A stretch of 64,000 nt of DNA from Phallusia mammillata (Eukaryota): the NCBI GenBank assembly GCA_965637545.1, contig OZ281497.1, positions 5,394,001 through 5,458,000 on the forward strand, in the 5' to 3' direction. Shown piece by piece: positions 33,613 to 47,787 of this stretch. The position numbers were made by a program, and so were the translations under genes. The notes under the pieces are model-generated. The model was given only the letters and a program-made list of their open reading frames with translations. It was not told the origin of the DNA and did not search any database. Each line of letters opens with the position of its first letter. The first letter of the stretch is position 1.

Positions 33613-35139
33613 GATCATAAAATCATACCATCGACCTAAAACAATCATTTTGTTAAACCAGTTTTTTACCTTTTGAGTAGTGAGAGAATATAGCACTTGT
33701 TTAGCGAAAACATTGTTATTGAAAAACTCACCTGTTTTCTTGGGTTCAAGGGAACGTTATAAAAGTCCAAATTGGTCCTGGTTGTTAACCAAAGCAGTTA
33801 CAAAACCACAACCAAGTCAAAAAGTACATATTTTATTATGTTTAATTTTTTGTGTGCAAAGTGTGTGCTGTGAACAAATGTGTAGTGTTAAAGTGTGTCG
33901 CAACTTAAAAATGTTGGGACAACTGTTCAAATAGCTAAAACGCTTTAATCTATTCATTTAATTTCCCCCTTTCACCTTAGTGTAGTTGTTTCTTTGCTTT
34001 CAAAACTCCAACGTTTTTGCAAAATATACATATTTTGTCGACAGTAGTTTATCTGTAGTTGTGTTCATTCCCAGGGTTGTCGTATTCACGAACTAAAAAA
34101 AACAACAATTGACTTTTTAATTACTTTTCAACGCAAAGCAACTCGTTAAATAAGACGTTTGAATACTTTCACGTATTGAGCTGTGCAAATTCTGCATTAT
34201 TGTCGACGTGACTGCTGAATAATGTGGCACACACCTTTACAAGTCCATAAACAAATACGACGTCCATATGGAAATTAGAATAAAAAGTTTGCGTCACCTT
34301 ATCACACGCAATCTGAAGACATTTATGTTACAGCACGAAAACACCAAACTGGAGACAGGACACTTCGCATAGCACAAGCGTCACGATTTCATCACCGCCA
34401 GTCGCTATTCAATGAAGCGCTACGAAGGCAGAGGGAACCTCAAAACCACAGGTTTCGGTTCTCAAGCAGTCAGGCATGGCGCTGAAGTTGAAAAGGCTTG
34501 TTCAGTATAGGTTTCGTTTGCGAAGTTGGCAGATAAGATATGGTGTAGAAACAAAATATCAAAAGTTGTAGGAAAGACATGACAAGGCAGCTTGCAATGC
34601 ATTTTAATGGTGCTGCACGTAAATACTCAATAAACCAAGTAGTTTTAGCGGTTTGCTTAACATGAAATTATACATAGACAGGAATAGATTTCGAACCTTA
34701 ACAACAAACTTCTAAACAACACCTCGGGTGTATGGAAAATTATCAAGTGTACGTTGAAATACCTGAACGTCTATGAAATTTGTCACACAGATTTGTTAAT
34801 GTAGTATTATTAGCAATCCGGCCTTTGAATGAAAAGACACAACTAACACAGAGTAGGGACAGGTGCGTCTTAGTGTCCACTCTTGTCCATGTAAGACTAT
34901 ATTCTAAACCAATTGTTATTGGAATTCGAACCTGCAGTTTCGGTTTCGATTGATTTAGCTTGAAGTATGAAATGTAGAATTAAGTTGGAATGTAAACTTA
35001 GCTTTAACTTTGAAAGTAAATACGGTTTATCTTTTTCAGCAGGAAACAAAAACAGTAATTTACTCTTGCACGACCTTCGCCCACAGCTTATTGTGAGGAC
35101 ATTTCTGTACAGTGGTTTTGCTATTTGAATGTTAAAACT

Positions 35140-38133
35140 ATGGAACCAAAAAAGAACGGACAAGAATTGGCTGACCAGTTGAGAGGTTGTTGTTACTTGG
35201 AAAATGGGTTTTACATCGAAGATAACACAGAGGAGTCTGCTGCCGCTATGATCGAGTTATCCCATTATTACTATAAAATACGCAGTGTGGAAAAGCGGAA
35301 CTACCTTTACGCCGCTGGTCTTCTCGTGGCAGCCAAAGTACGCCTTTCCAACGATGACGTTGCAGACCGTTTTATGTTGAAATTGTGGAAAGAACTTCTG
35401 ACAGACAGCGGTACTAAAAATACTGAGATTGATTTGTTCTCAATTGTAGCTGAGTTAAAGGAAAAAGTTTCGAAAATGCGAAAACTGGCTGAAAAGCAAA
35501 TTGCAAATATTCCCAAAGTTACAGAGGAAGGAAACAAGTTCTTGCAAGAACAAAAAATGATAGATGCTACAAAAAAAGTATTTATATACTGTAATGAAAA
35601 CTACATAGATATTATGCGGTACATATCTAATGAAATCTGTCAAATTTTGTTCGATTCTCAGTTGCCCTGTGAATTTGCTCACTTGGTTTTCGGGTCAGTG
35701 GCTCGTATGGAAGGCAGTCCGTTTTCTGATTTCGAAAACGCCATTATTATCTCAAAACGCAGTGACGAGACCTTAGAACGATTTCGATTCTACATCGTTT
35801 TGTTTCAATTCGTGATTATCAACTTAGGAGAAACACCCGTACGCTTGCTGGGAATTCCTTTGCTCAATGATTTCTACAGTGACCGCAAATCCAAGGACTG
35901 GTTCTATGACAAATTTACTTGTCTCGGCGTCCGGTTTGACAGCAACATGCCCGCAGCTTCGGTGCATCCCCTCACGAGAGACCCGACCGCCGACAAACCT
36001 TTCAAAGTTGAGCTGATAGGCACCGTGAACGAAATCGCGTGTTTCTTAGAACACGATCAAGCTCTACGCAATGGATATCACTTGGCTGATGTACTGAACC
36101 GATCGCGTTTGGTGGCAGGAAATTACAAACTGCATGAGGAATACAGGACGCAGGTGGATGAGAAACTTCGCATGAGCAAAGACTGGATTCGGGAACGGAT
36201 AAAGAACTGCATGGAAACGCTTGATGGCGCCGATGCGCTGTGTACGTCGTTTAGTAAGCAAAACATAAAGCTTCTTGTTTACAGAGGCATATCGGTTACC
36301 ATCAGCCACTTGGGCAACTTGTTCGGTGTTCGTAGCTCGTCTTGTTTTGATATTGTGGACGAGCTGGTTGAATGTGGTCGATTGCCAGTAGAGGCCGGTC
36401 ATAATCTCAAATACGCAGTCGCTTTAGCTGGAGAAATCCGACTTAAGATTTACATGGCAGCCGGTGAGCAAGTCCCAGAGACAGACTTGGTTGCAAAGGA
36501 AGACGGAAAAGAAATGTCAGATATTATCAGGGCTGTTGGGAACGTGGGCATTTGTGATCATTTTTACATCGCACAGACGCTGTGGCGTGATTTGCATCCA
36601 TTTGTAATGCAAGAATCTACAAGCATATCGTTCTCATCAAAACCAAACATCGACCCTGCCCTGCGCTTTGTAATTCAAACTATTCTGCTCGGTAAACCCG
36701 AAGCCTGAAGAAAACGGAAACTTTCGACTACTTAAAGACAGTGAAGAACATGACCACTTTGAAAAGATATCTTTTCTTCAAATTGCCAGAACAGGCACCA
36801 AGCTCCTGTTAACAATATTTGAATGTTTTGATGCAGTGTTAAAGCATAAACAAGCTTCCAAACTTTTCCACACTAAAGAAGACCACATTTTGAAAATCGA
36901 ACACTTGAAAAAGATATTTGCTACCTGCACCACACTGTTTGTTACACTTCAAAATACGCCCCGCAATTAGGCATTGACACAAAGCTTTTCGCGGAGCAAA
37001 AATATGCTTATAAGGACTACAAGAGAGCTATGGAAAACCTACAAACATTTCTTAAAGCATCGTTAAAAGATGTTAGGTTGATTCACCTGTTACCGTCTGT
37101 TGTCTACACTCTTCATTGTGTGGCGGATTTCGTGTCGTCCTTTAACCGAAAAATGGCTGCGTATTTGGAAAATCCGGATACTAACAAAATCATGCAGTTG
37201 TTGAATGAACTTGACGACATTTCAACGGCGATTGATGGTTTTGTCATGACATTGCCAGAGAAAGAAGTAGATTTGGAAATATACGTCGAAAGTCAAGAAT
37301 TGGTTCGCCAAGTCGTTTTGGGTTTCGATGATGGGTTGTTTAGCAACGAAGGTTTGGCAATCGGGATAAACAGGTGGCTGGAACAAATCAAAAACATAAA
37401 GGCTATGATTTTAATTGCTGAACAGATTCCCATCTTTCATGAAAAGATCAACGGGGTGATGAAGTTCTTTTCCGACATCAATAATTGGTCGTTTGTTATG
37501 CCTGCCTACAGCAAAGTTGTCAGAAGAGATTTAAAAATCCTCATCGCCGAAGTGAAATCCACGCGCGGTGAGCTGCTTTCCCGAAACGGCGAGTATGTAC
37601 TTGCCACGGAGGATTTGTGCACCGCTCATCGCATTTTAACTGAAAACCCCCGCGAGAAAGTTTGGTTTGAATTGAAAGTGGCGACAAATATGCACAACAT
37701 CGGTAAAAGCCTTTGCTCCTGTAAAAAATTCACTGAAGCACTGACATGGTTTCGTAAAGAGCTCGACCACAGGCTTAGTAAATTACCGACGAAAACTGGC
37801 AAAGAGCATTTGGGCCCGAACTATCACTTCCAAGCAAAATGTCTTCGTGCCATCGGAACAGATGAAGCTTTGGCGGAAGCTGACATTTACTTTGAGAACG
37901 AAATGGAGTTTTTTTTAAAAAACTTCACTGAAGAAAACTCTGCTTTTAAACACGTGTTTTACGTTTTGTGCTGTTACACGTGTTTTACGCTTTGTGCTGT
38001 TACACGTGTTTTACGCTTTGTGCTGTTACACGTGTTTTACGCTTTGTGCTGTTACACGTGTTTTACGCTTTGTGTTGTTACACGTGTTTTACGCTTTGTG
38101 TTGTTACACGTGTTTTACGCTTTGTGCTGTTAG
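35140..38133 (+). pseudogene. Copy A2: full-length locus broken by a +7-nt insertion (~36700, stop at 36706-36708) and a -7-nt deletion (~36941)
   Basis: Compared with A3: aaacccgaagcctgaagaa vs aaacctgaagaa, and ctgtttg-ttacac vs ctgtttgctgatacttacac. The 3' ORF reads into the minisatellite and ends ...ALCC*. Confidence 0.85.
37951..38132 (+). repeat. 26-bp minisatellite, 7 units, within the A2 reading frame
   Basis: 182 bp = 7 x 26. Confidence 0.95.
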
Positions 38134-39664
38134 GAGATTAGAAAGTTTTCAGCAAGAAGCAGTTTTTTTGAAAAAATCATGACATCATTAGTGCTCTAAT
38201 TTCGTTATTTGTGATCCGAAGTAGTTTCACAATCACATTGAAAGTTTACATGACCACACCACAATACAGCCAAATATAGTTTTGTGTGCAAAGTTTTTAG
38301 TGTGTAAAGTGTGTACTGTTAACAAATATATAGTGTTATATTATATGCCCTGGCAAGTTGAAAAACAATGGTCTAAACTTCAAAACGCTTGACTCTATTT
38401 ATTGACTTTTATCCTTGGTGCAAAAAATGTCACCGTGTATATAAAGTATTTAAGTTGTATTGATTTGAAAATTAATCATTATTTGCTATGAGATGACTTT
38501 TGCGATTTCCATTGAAAAGCGTTTTGAGGACATGATCAGTGGAAAAGTGACTACTTTTTTGTTCTTCGGTACCGTATCTCTATTACAACCAACTTTTGAT
38601 TGTATATGCTGGTGCTTTTAGCGTTTTAGCTTATGTGTGTTCTGCCTTCGAATAGATTTGCACAACTGAATTGTTTTTCACCAGGAATCTGACCATTGTA
38701 GCTTAATTTGTCGAGTTTAATCACAAGTAATTAGTCAATCGATTATTGTCTATATAGCTGTTTTTCTGTTACATGATGAAAAATTCGCAATCTGTCTTAA
38801 TATGTTCGTCTACAACGGCTATAGCTTTTCGCTTTTTGATATTATACAAAGTTTATCAGAAAGAATCGGGAGAGATTTTGATCAACTTTTCCATACAGAC
38901 TACAACAGGAATTGTTTCTGCGCCGCAAGCAGTAGGCATAAAGCTGTACTGTCCTCCCCAAACAAGTATGGTGTGTAAAACGTATCAAAGCAAGTCTTCC
39001 ATTTTACCACCTCGATGGCGTTGCGAATAAACATTCTCATTGCAATTTCCGTGCATATCTCGGGCTAGTTTAACCTGATGTAATAATTTCGCAAACAAGA
39101 TTGGAAGTCCAACCAATATGACCCGCGTCGGCGGTGACTTTCACTGTCCACTCTATGCATGGTTTAAGACAGTCGATCGCATCTTCGTATAACTTTAAAA
39201 TGACCACAGCATGAGATTTGAAGTCTACAACAGAGTTATAAGTCGGGCCGGGCTTTTCGGGCCGGGTTGCTGTCTGGTGTTCTTATCTTTCTCTAGACTG
39301 AATTCTAACAATCATGTAAACATCACACTTCGGGTACAGCATATATACACATCAAACAGGATACATACGTAAAACCAATGGTAAAAACACATATTTGTTC
39401 ACAGTACACACTTTGCACACTAACAACTTGAGCATAGTTGAATAAATTTCTTTTCGAATTTATTGTTTGTAAAACTGCTTTGGTAAACAACTTAGGCCAA
39501 ATTAGACTTCTAAAGTTCCCTTGCACACCCGTATATTTCACAAGCCTATACATGAATTCTTCAGAAACTGCTTTTTCGTTGAACACTTGTACTATCTCAA
39601 GACACCATGAAAATAATATTTTCTGATATTTCAATGAAAATGGTTTCCTGTCGACGGTATGTTA

Positions 39665-42442
39665 TCACAAAAACAACTCCATTTCGCTTTCAATGTAGAT
39701 GTCAGCTTCCGCCAAAGCTTCATCTGTTCCGATGGCACGAAGACATTTCGCTTGAAAGTGATAGTTCGGGCCCAAATGCTCTTTGTCAGTTTTATGCGGT
39801 AATTTACTAAGCCTGTGGTCAAGCTCTTTGCGAAACCATGTTAGTGCTTCAGTGAATTTTTTACAGGAGCAAAGGCTTTTACCGATGTTGTGCATATTTT
39901 CTGCCACTTTTAATCTAAACCAATCTTTTTTGCGGGAGATTTCAGTTAAAATCTGATGAGCGCAGCACAAATCCTCCGTGGCAAGTACATAATCGCCGTT
40001 TCGGGAAAGCAGCTCACCGCGTGTGGATTTCACTTCGGCGATGAGGATTTTCAAATCCCTTCTGACAACTTTGCTGTAGGTAGGCATCACAAACGACCAG
40101 TTATTGATGTCGAAAAAGAACTTCATCACCTTGTTGACCTTTTGATGGAAGATGGGGATTTGTTCAGCAATTAAAATCATAGCCTTTACGTTTTTGATTT
40201 GTTCCAGCCATCTGTTTATCCCCATTGCCAAACCTCCGTTGCTAAACAACCCATTATCTATACTATGAACTACTTGGTGAGTAAATTCTTGACTTTCGAC
40301 ATATATTTTCAAATCTACTTCTTTCTCTGGCAATGTCATAATAAAACCATCAATCGCCGTTGAAATGTCGTCAAGTTCATGCAGAAATCGCTCCGTATTG
40401 TTGGCATCCGTATTTTCTAAATAAGAAGCCATTTTTCGGTTAAAAGACGACACGAAATCCGCCACGCAATGAAGAGTGTAGACAACAGACGGTAACAGAC
40501 TAATCAACCTAACATCCTTTAACGATGATTTAAAAAATGTTTGTAGGTTTTCCATAGCTCTCTTGTAGTCCCTGTAAGCATCTTTCTGCTCCGCGAAAAG
40601 CGTTATGTCAAGGTCATGAGGGGCGTTTGTTGAAGTGTACGTATCAGCAAACAGCGCAGTGCAGACAGCAAACATCCTTTTCAAGTGTTCGATTTTCAAA
40701 ATGAGGTCTTCTTTAGTGTGAAAAGGTTTGGAAGCTTGTTTATGCTTTAACACTGCATCGAAAGATTCAAATATTGTTAACAGATGCTTGGTGCCTGTTC
40801 TGGCAACTTGAAGAAAAGATATCTTGTCAAAGTGGTCATGCTCTGTGTTCTCTTTCAGTCGTTGAAAGTTTCTACTTTCTCCAGGTTTAACGAGCAGATT
40901 GGTTTGAATCGCCAAGCGCAATACAGGGTCAATTCCCCGTTCTGATGAGAAGGATATACTTGTAGATTCTTGCATTACAAATGGATGCAAATCACGCCAC
41001 AGCGTCTGTGCAATGTAAAAATGATCACAAATGCTTACGTTACCAACAGCGCTGATAATATCTGACATTTCTTTTTTGTCTTCCTTCGTAACCATGTATG
41101 TCTCTGGGACTTGCTCACCGGCTGCCATGTAAATTTTAAGTCGGATTTCTCCAGCGACAGCGACTGCGTATTTGAGATTGTGACCGGCCTCTACCGGCAA
41201 TCGACTACTTTCAACCATCTCGTCCACAATATCAAAACAAGACGAGCTACGAACACCGAACAAATTGCCCAAGTGGCTGATGGTCACCGATATGCCTCTG
41301 TAAACAAGGAGCTTTATGTTTCGTTTACTGAAAGGTGTACACAGCTCATCGGCGCCATCAAGCGTTTCCATGCAGTTCTTTATCCGCTCCCGAATCCAGT
41401 CTTTGCTCGTGCGAAGTTTCTCATCCACCTGCGTCCTGTATTCCTCATGCAGTTTGAAACTTCCTGCCACCAAACGCGATCGGCTCAGCACATCGGCCAG
41501 GTGATATCCATTGCGCAGAGCTAGGTCGTGTTCTACGAAACGTGCGATTTCGTTCACGGTGCCTATCAGCTCAACTTTGAAAGGTTTGTCGGCGGTCGGG
41601 TCTCTCGAGAGGGGATGCACCGAAGCTGCGGGCATGTTGCTGTCAAACCGGACGCCGAGACAAGTAAATTTGTCGTAAAACCAATCCTTGGATTTGCGAT
41701 CACTGTAGAAATCATTGAGCAAAGGAATTCCCAGCAAGCGTATGGGTGTTTCTCCTAAGTTGATAATCACGAATTGAAACAAAACAATGTAGAATCGAAA
41801 TTGTTCTAAGATCTCGTCAGTACGTTCTGAGATAATGATGGCATTTTCGAAATCAGAAAACGGACTGCCTTCCATACGAGCCACTGACCCGAAAACCAAG
41901 TGAGCAAACTCACAGGGCAACTGAGAGTCGAACAAAATGTTACTGATTTCACAAGATATGTACCGCATAATATCTATGTAGTTTTCATTACAGTATATAA
42001 ATACTTTTTTTGTAGCGTCAATCTTTTTTTGTTCCTGCAAGAACTTATTTTCTTTCTCTTTAACTTTGGGAATATCAGCAATTTGTTTTTCAACAAGCTT
42101 TCGCATTTTCGAAACTTTCTCCTTTAACTAAGCTACGATTGTGAATAAACCAACCTCGGTATTTTTAGCACCGCTTTCTGCCAGAAGTTCTTTCCACAAT
42201 CTTAACATGAAACCGTCTGTGACGTCATCGTTGGAAAGACGTACTTTGGATGCGGCAAGAAGGCCAGCGGCGTAAAGGTAGTTCCGCTTTTCCTCACTGC
42301 GTATTGTGTAGTAATAATGAGACAATTCGATCATAGCGGCAGCAGACTCTCTTGTGTTATCTTCGATGTAAAACCCATTTTCCAAGTAACAACAACCTCT
42401 CAACTGGTCAGCCAATTCTTGTCCGGTCTTGATTGGTTCCAT
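39665..42442 (-). pseudogene. Copy B2: full-length locus with a single nonsense change at codon 105 (GAG to TAG); an 813-aa downstream ORF remains
   Basis: The + strand reads tttaactaagctac at 42123-42136, against tttaactcagctac in B1. The ORF resumes at MRKLVEK and keeps the whole NTase (with D267) and TPR region. Confidence 0.85.
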
Positions 42443-45213
42443 AGTTTGAACATTCGGTTAACAAACTGCTAGACACAAGTATTCGCCTAAGCTTCGGTCG
42501 AAGGACGTGCAAGAGTAAATTACTGTTTTTGTTTATTGCTGAAAAAGAAAAACCACATTTACTTTCAATGTTAAATCACAGTGTATATTCCAATTTAATT
42601 CTACATTTCATCTTCAGATTTCAGGTTCGAATTTGATTACCAATGAGTTAAGAATACAGTCTTACATTAACAACAGTGGACGGTAAGACGGGTCGCACCT
42701 GTCCCTACTATATATTAGTTATGTCTTTTCGTTTGAAAGCCAGATTGCTAATAGTACTACATCAACAAACTTATGTGATAAATATTGTAGACGTATAGTT
42801 ATTAGTTATTACACAGTTTACCTGTAAATTTTTACATCCACCCTAGGGGTTGTTTCGAAGTTTGTTGTTAAAGTTCAAAATTCTACTCTTGTCTATCTAC
42901 AATTTCCTGTAACCAAACTAAAACAACATCGTTATTAAACATTTGCGAGTAGCACCATTAAAATGTAATGCTAGCTGACTTGGGATGTCTTTCCTACAAC
43001 TTTTGATATTTTGTTTCGACACTATATCTTATCTGTCAACTTCGGAAACGAAACCTATACTAAACAAGTCTTTACAACTTCAGTGCCGGTTTAAACGCCT
43101 ATAAAGAACAGAAACTTGTGGTTTGAGGTTCCCTCTGCCTTTACACAGCCGTCACGAATTCCCTCTGATGAATTCGTGACGGCTGTGTTGTGCGAAGCGT
43201 CTTGTCTCGAGTTTCATGTTTTCGTTCTGTAACAAACTTTTCTTTCCCATTTCCTGTCACATTATTCAGCACTCAAGGCAACAATAGTGCAGTATTTACA
43301 CAGCTCAATACGTGAAAGTACCTAAACGTTGTATTTAAACGAGTCTTTTTGCGTTGACAAGTAGACTCAAAAAAGTCTATTGTTGTAATGTTATTGAAAG
43401 CCAAAAAAATAACACCAATGTGTAAGGGGAAAAGCTCATGAATAGGTGAATGGGTTTTGGCGATTGGAACAGTTTTTCCCAACATTGTTAGGTTGAGACA
43501 CACTATAACACTACATATTTATTCATTGCTAACCCATTGCACAATAAAAACTTTAATATAATAAAATATATACGTTTTAACTTAATTGTGGTTATGAAAT
43601 TGCCTTGGTTAACAACTAATGCCCAAATTGGACTTATAACGTTCCCTTCCACACCAGCTTTTTGTCAGGAAACAATAGATTGGTTTTTCATAAACAATCT
43701 TCGCTAAACACTTGCTAATCGGTGAAGCTTGTGCTATTCGAAGTGTCCTGCCTGTAGTTTCGTATTTTTGTGCTGCAACAGAAATGTCTTCAGATTGCGT
43801 GTGATTAGGTGACGCAAAATTCGAGGTCGATACCGAAAGTATAGGTCCGAAGCCCGGCCCGAAACCGAATCGTTTTTAAGAAGCCCCTTTAGGTCCGAAA
43901 GTTTGATTGACAGGCCTCTCCATAAAAGCCTACAAAACGTACTATAGTACGTATACTGTATATAATATATTTAAAAACGGCGTTTTAGGGCTGTTGGGCA
44001 TTGGATTAAGTTCAGCAACTGGCTGCTAAGTTGGGTAATTTTATCTGAAAAAACAAAAGCCGAAGCCGACCCAAAAAGCCTGGCCCGACTTACAGTTCTG
44101 CTTCAAACTGCATGAGGAATACAGGATTCAGGCGGACAGCAGCAGCAGCATTATTATTTTTATTGATTTAAATGGATTTGTGTAACTAAACTTTTATTTA
44201 ACAGGTATCGGATCACGGTTAGTTAGTTTGTCGAGTTTAATCACTGGCAATAAATCAACCGATCATTATCCTCATTGCGATCAATTCATCTTCTTCTGTC
44301 ACAAATCCACACTTTACAATATAAGTTAATAATACTTTACAAATACACCACAAAAGTTAAAACGGTTTGCAAAACAAAATAAAATGTGAAGATCAAGTAA
44401 ATACAACACGACACCGAGTAAAAAGTCTACTTATAAATTTAATCTAATTCAAGGCGCTTGAAGTTATGGGAAAGCAACTAATATTTTGCCTTAACACATT
44501 AAATATTCGTGCCGTAAGGAAATTTTTCCAAACCACTACACCGGCTTTAAACGTAGTTTGGTAGCTTCAACTGGTATTTGGAAATAGTTTGCTGTCACTG
44601 GAAAGTTGCTATCATTGTTGCCCCAAAAAACCTAAAAATACAAAGTTTTTAAATCAACTCCAAATGTTGTTGTTTTAATGTGTTTTGGTTCTTACTGGAT
44701 TTCCGTCGTTGTTAATAGCATTTCCCCATACACTATCCTTGTCCATGTACAAAATCTCGAAGGACGTAACATATTCCAAATGGTTGTTCCGTCCTTGCGT
44801 TATAACACCAGTAATAAGGGTAAGATTGTTCAAAGCCACTTCAATCCATTGGTTTGCATCAGCTACGAAAAGTCATAGTATTCTATTTACAACACAGAAA
44901 CGACTAGTTCCGACAATTGGCATTTAGTACATTGTTGTATGTAGATGCCGGGATTAAAATCAGACTTTGACTTCATGAATGAAACTTGAATTTTATACTG
45001 ACTTTGATTGAACTTTGTTCAAACTGCACGGATTCTTAAAGAATGAAACAGATTGGTGTTTGACTCTATTTTAATGTTTAAAAGTTTTTCAGCTCTGATT
45101 AGATCATTTTTTTCTGGTGGAGTATGAAATCGGGACGCTCCGATGTTCGAATTCCAAAAAAGTTCTGTTAAGTTTTGTGCATGGATCAACGCGCCCGTTC
45201 GGCCAAGTTCCAG

Positions 45214-46260
45214 ATTGCGTGGCAGATTTTGTGTCGTCCTTCAGTCAAAAAATGGCTTCGTGTTTAGAAAATCAGGATACTAGCAACACGGAGCAGTTGT
45301 TGATTGAACTTGACGACATTTCAACGGCGATTGATGGTTTTGTCGTGACATTGCCAGAGAAAAAAGTAGATTTGAAAATATATGTCAAAAGTCAAGAATT
45401 TGTTCGCCGAGTCGTTGGTGATATAGATCAGTGATCGGCAACCGCCGGTCCGCGGCCCGGTACCGGTCCGCGAGGAGTTCGTTACCGGGCCGTACAAATT
45501 TTCAGGTTAAATGCTATGAAACATTTTGCCCATATATCCCGGGAATGATAAACTAATTTATGCGTTTTTATTGCTGAATATTTGTAGTTTTTTGAAGACC
45601 GGTCCGCGATAAAATTTTAGGTTCAAAAACGGTCCGCCGTGCAAAAAAGGTTGCCGACCCCTGATATAGATGATGGGTTGTTTAGCAACGCAGGTTTTGA
45701 AAAGGGGATAAACAGATGACTGGAACAAATCAAAAACATGAAGGCTATGATTTTAATTGCTGAACAGATTCCCATCTTTCATGAAAAGATCAACGGGGTG
45801 ATGAAGATTCTTTTCAACATCAGCAATTGGTCGTTTATTATGCCTGCCTACAGCAAGGTTGTCAGAAGAGATTTGAAAATCCTCATCGCCGAAGTGAAAT
45901 CCACACGCGGTGAGCTGCTTTTCCGAAACGGGGATTATGTACTTGCCACGGAGGATTTGTGCACCGCTCATCGGATTAAAACTGAAAATTCTCGCGAGAA
46001 AGCTTGGTTTGAATTGAAACTGGCAGAAAATATGCACAACATCGGTAAAAACCTTTGCTCATGTGAAAAATTCACTGAACCGCTAACATGGTTTCGCAAA
46101 GAGTTTGACCACAGGCTTAGTAAATTACCAACGAAAACTGGCAGAGCATTTGGGCCCAAACTATCACTTTCAAGCGAAATGTCTTCGTGCCATCGGAACA
46201 GATGAAGCTTTGGCGGAAGCTGACATTTACACTGAAAACGAAATGGAGTTGTTGTTGTGA
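45214..46260 (+). pseudogene. Copy C2: 3'-only fragment interrupted by a hAT MITE, with a further stop and frameshift
   Basis: Homologous to C1 but without the deletion. MITE at 45429-45663; TGA in place of W (aacagatga); ggcagagcat 1-nt deletion near 46143. Confidence 0.85.
45429..45663. mobile_element. hAT-type MITE, 235 bp, in C2
   Basis: Imperfect TIR cagtgatcggcaacc / ggttgccgacccctg; 8-bp TSD atatagat at 45421-45428 and 45664-45671. C1 shows the empty site gatatagatgatggg (~33281). Confidence 0.93.
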
Positions 46261-47787
46261 GATCTTAAAATCATACCATCGACCTAAAACAATCATTTTG
46301 TTAAACCAGTTTTTTACCTTTTGAGTAGTGCGAGAATATAGCACTTGTTTAGCGAAAACATTGTTATTGAAAAACTCACCTGTTTTCTTGGGTTCAAGGG
46401 AACGTTATAAAAGTCCAAATTGGTCCTGGTTGTTAACCAAAGCAGTTACAAAACCACAACCAAGTTAAAAAGTACATATTTTATTATGTTTAATTTTTTT
46501 TGTGCAAAGTGTGTGCTGTGAACAAATGTGTAGCGTTAAAGTGTGTCGCAACTTAAAAATGTTGGGACAACTGTTCCAATAGCTAAAACGCTTTAATCTA
46601 TTCATTTCATTTCCCCCTTTCACCTTAGTGTAGTTGTTTCTTTGCTTTCAAAACTCCAACGTTTTTGCAAAATATACATATTTTGTCGACAGTAGTTTAT
46701 CTGTAGTTGTGTTCATTCCCAGGGTTGTCGTATTCACGAACTAAAAAAAACAACAATTGACTTTTTAATTACTTTTCAACGCAAAGCAACTCGTTAAATA
46801 AGACGTTTGAATACTTTCACGTATTGAGCTGTGCAAATTCTGCATTATTGTCGACGTGACTGCTGAATAATGTGGCACACACCTTTACAAGTCCATAAAC
46901 AAATACGACGTCCATATGGAAATTAGAATAAAAAGTTTGCGTCACCTTATCACACGCAATCTGAAGACATTTATGTTACAGCACGAAAACACCAAACTGG
47001 AGACAGGACACTTCGCATAGCACAAGCGTCACGATTTCATCACCGCCAGTCGCTATTCAATGAAGCGCTACGAAGGCAGAGGGAACCTCAAAACCACAGG
47101 TTTCGGTTCTCAAGCAGTCAGGCATGGCGCTGAAGTTGAAAAGGCTTGTTCAGTATAGGTTTCGTTTGCGAAGTTGGCAGATAAGATATGGTGTAGAAAC
47201 AAAATATCAAAAGTTGTAGGAAAGACATGACAAGGCAGCTTGCAATGCATTTTAATGGTGCTGCACGTAAATACTCAATAAACCAACTTGTTTTAGCGGT
47301 TTGCTTAACATGAAATTATACATAGACAGGAATAGATTTCGAACCTTAACAACAAACTTCTAAACAACACCTCGGGTGTATGGAAAATTATCAAGTGTAC
47401 GTTGAAATACCTGAACGTCTATGAAATTTGTCACACAGATTTGTTAATGTAGTATTATTAGCAATCCGGCCTTTGAATGAAAAGACACAACTAACACAGA
47501 GTAGGGACAGGTGCGTCTTAGTGTCCACTCTTGTCCATGTAAGACTATATTCTAAACCAATTGTTATTGGAATTCGAACCTGCAGTTTCGGTTTCGATTG
47601 ATTTAGCTTGAAGTATGAAATGTAGAATTAAGTTGGAATGTAAACTTAGCTTTAACTTTGAAAGTAAATACGGTTTATCTTTTTCAGCAGGAAACAAAAA
47701 CAGTAATTTACTCTTGCACGACCTTCGCCCACAGCTTATTGTGAGGACATTTCTGTACAGTGGTTTTGCTATTTGAATGTTAAAACT

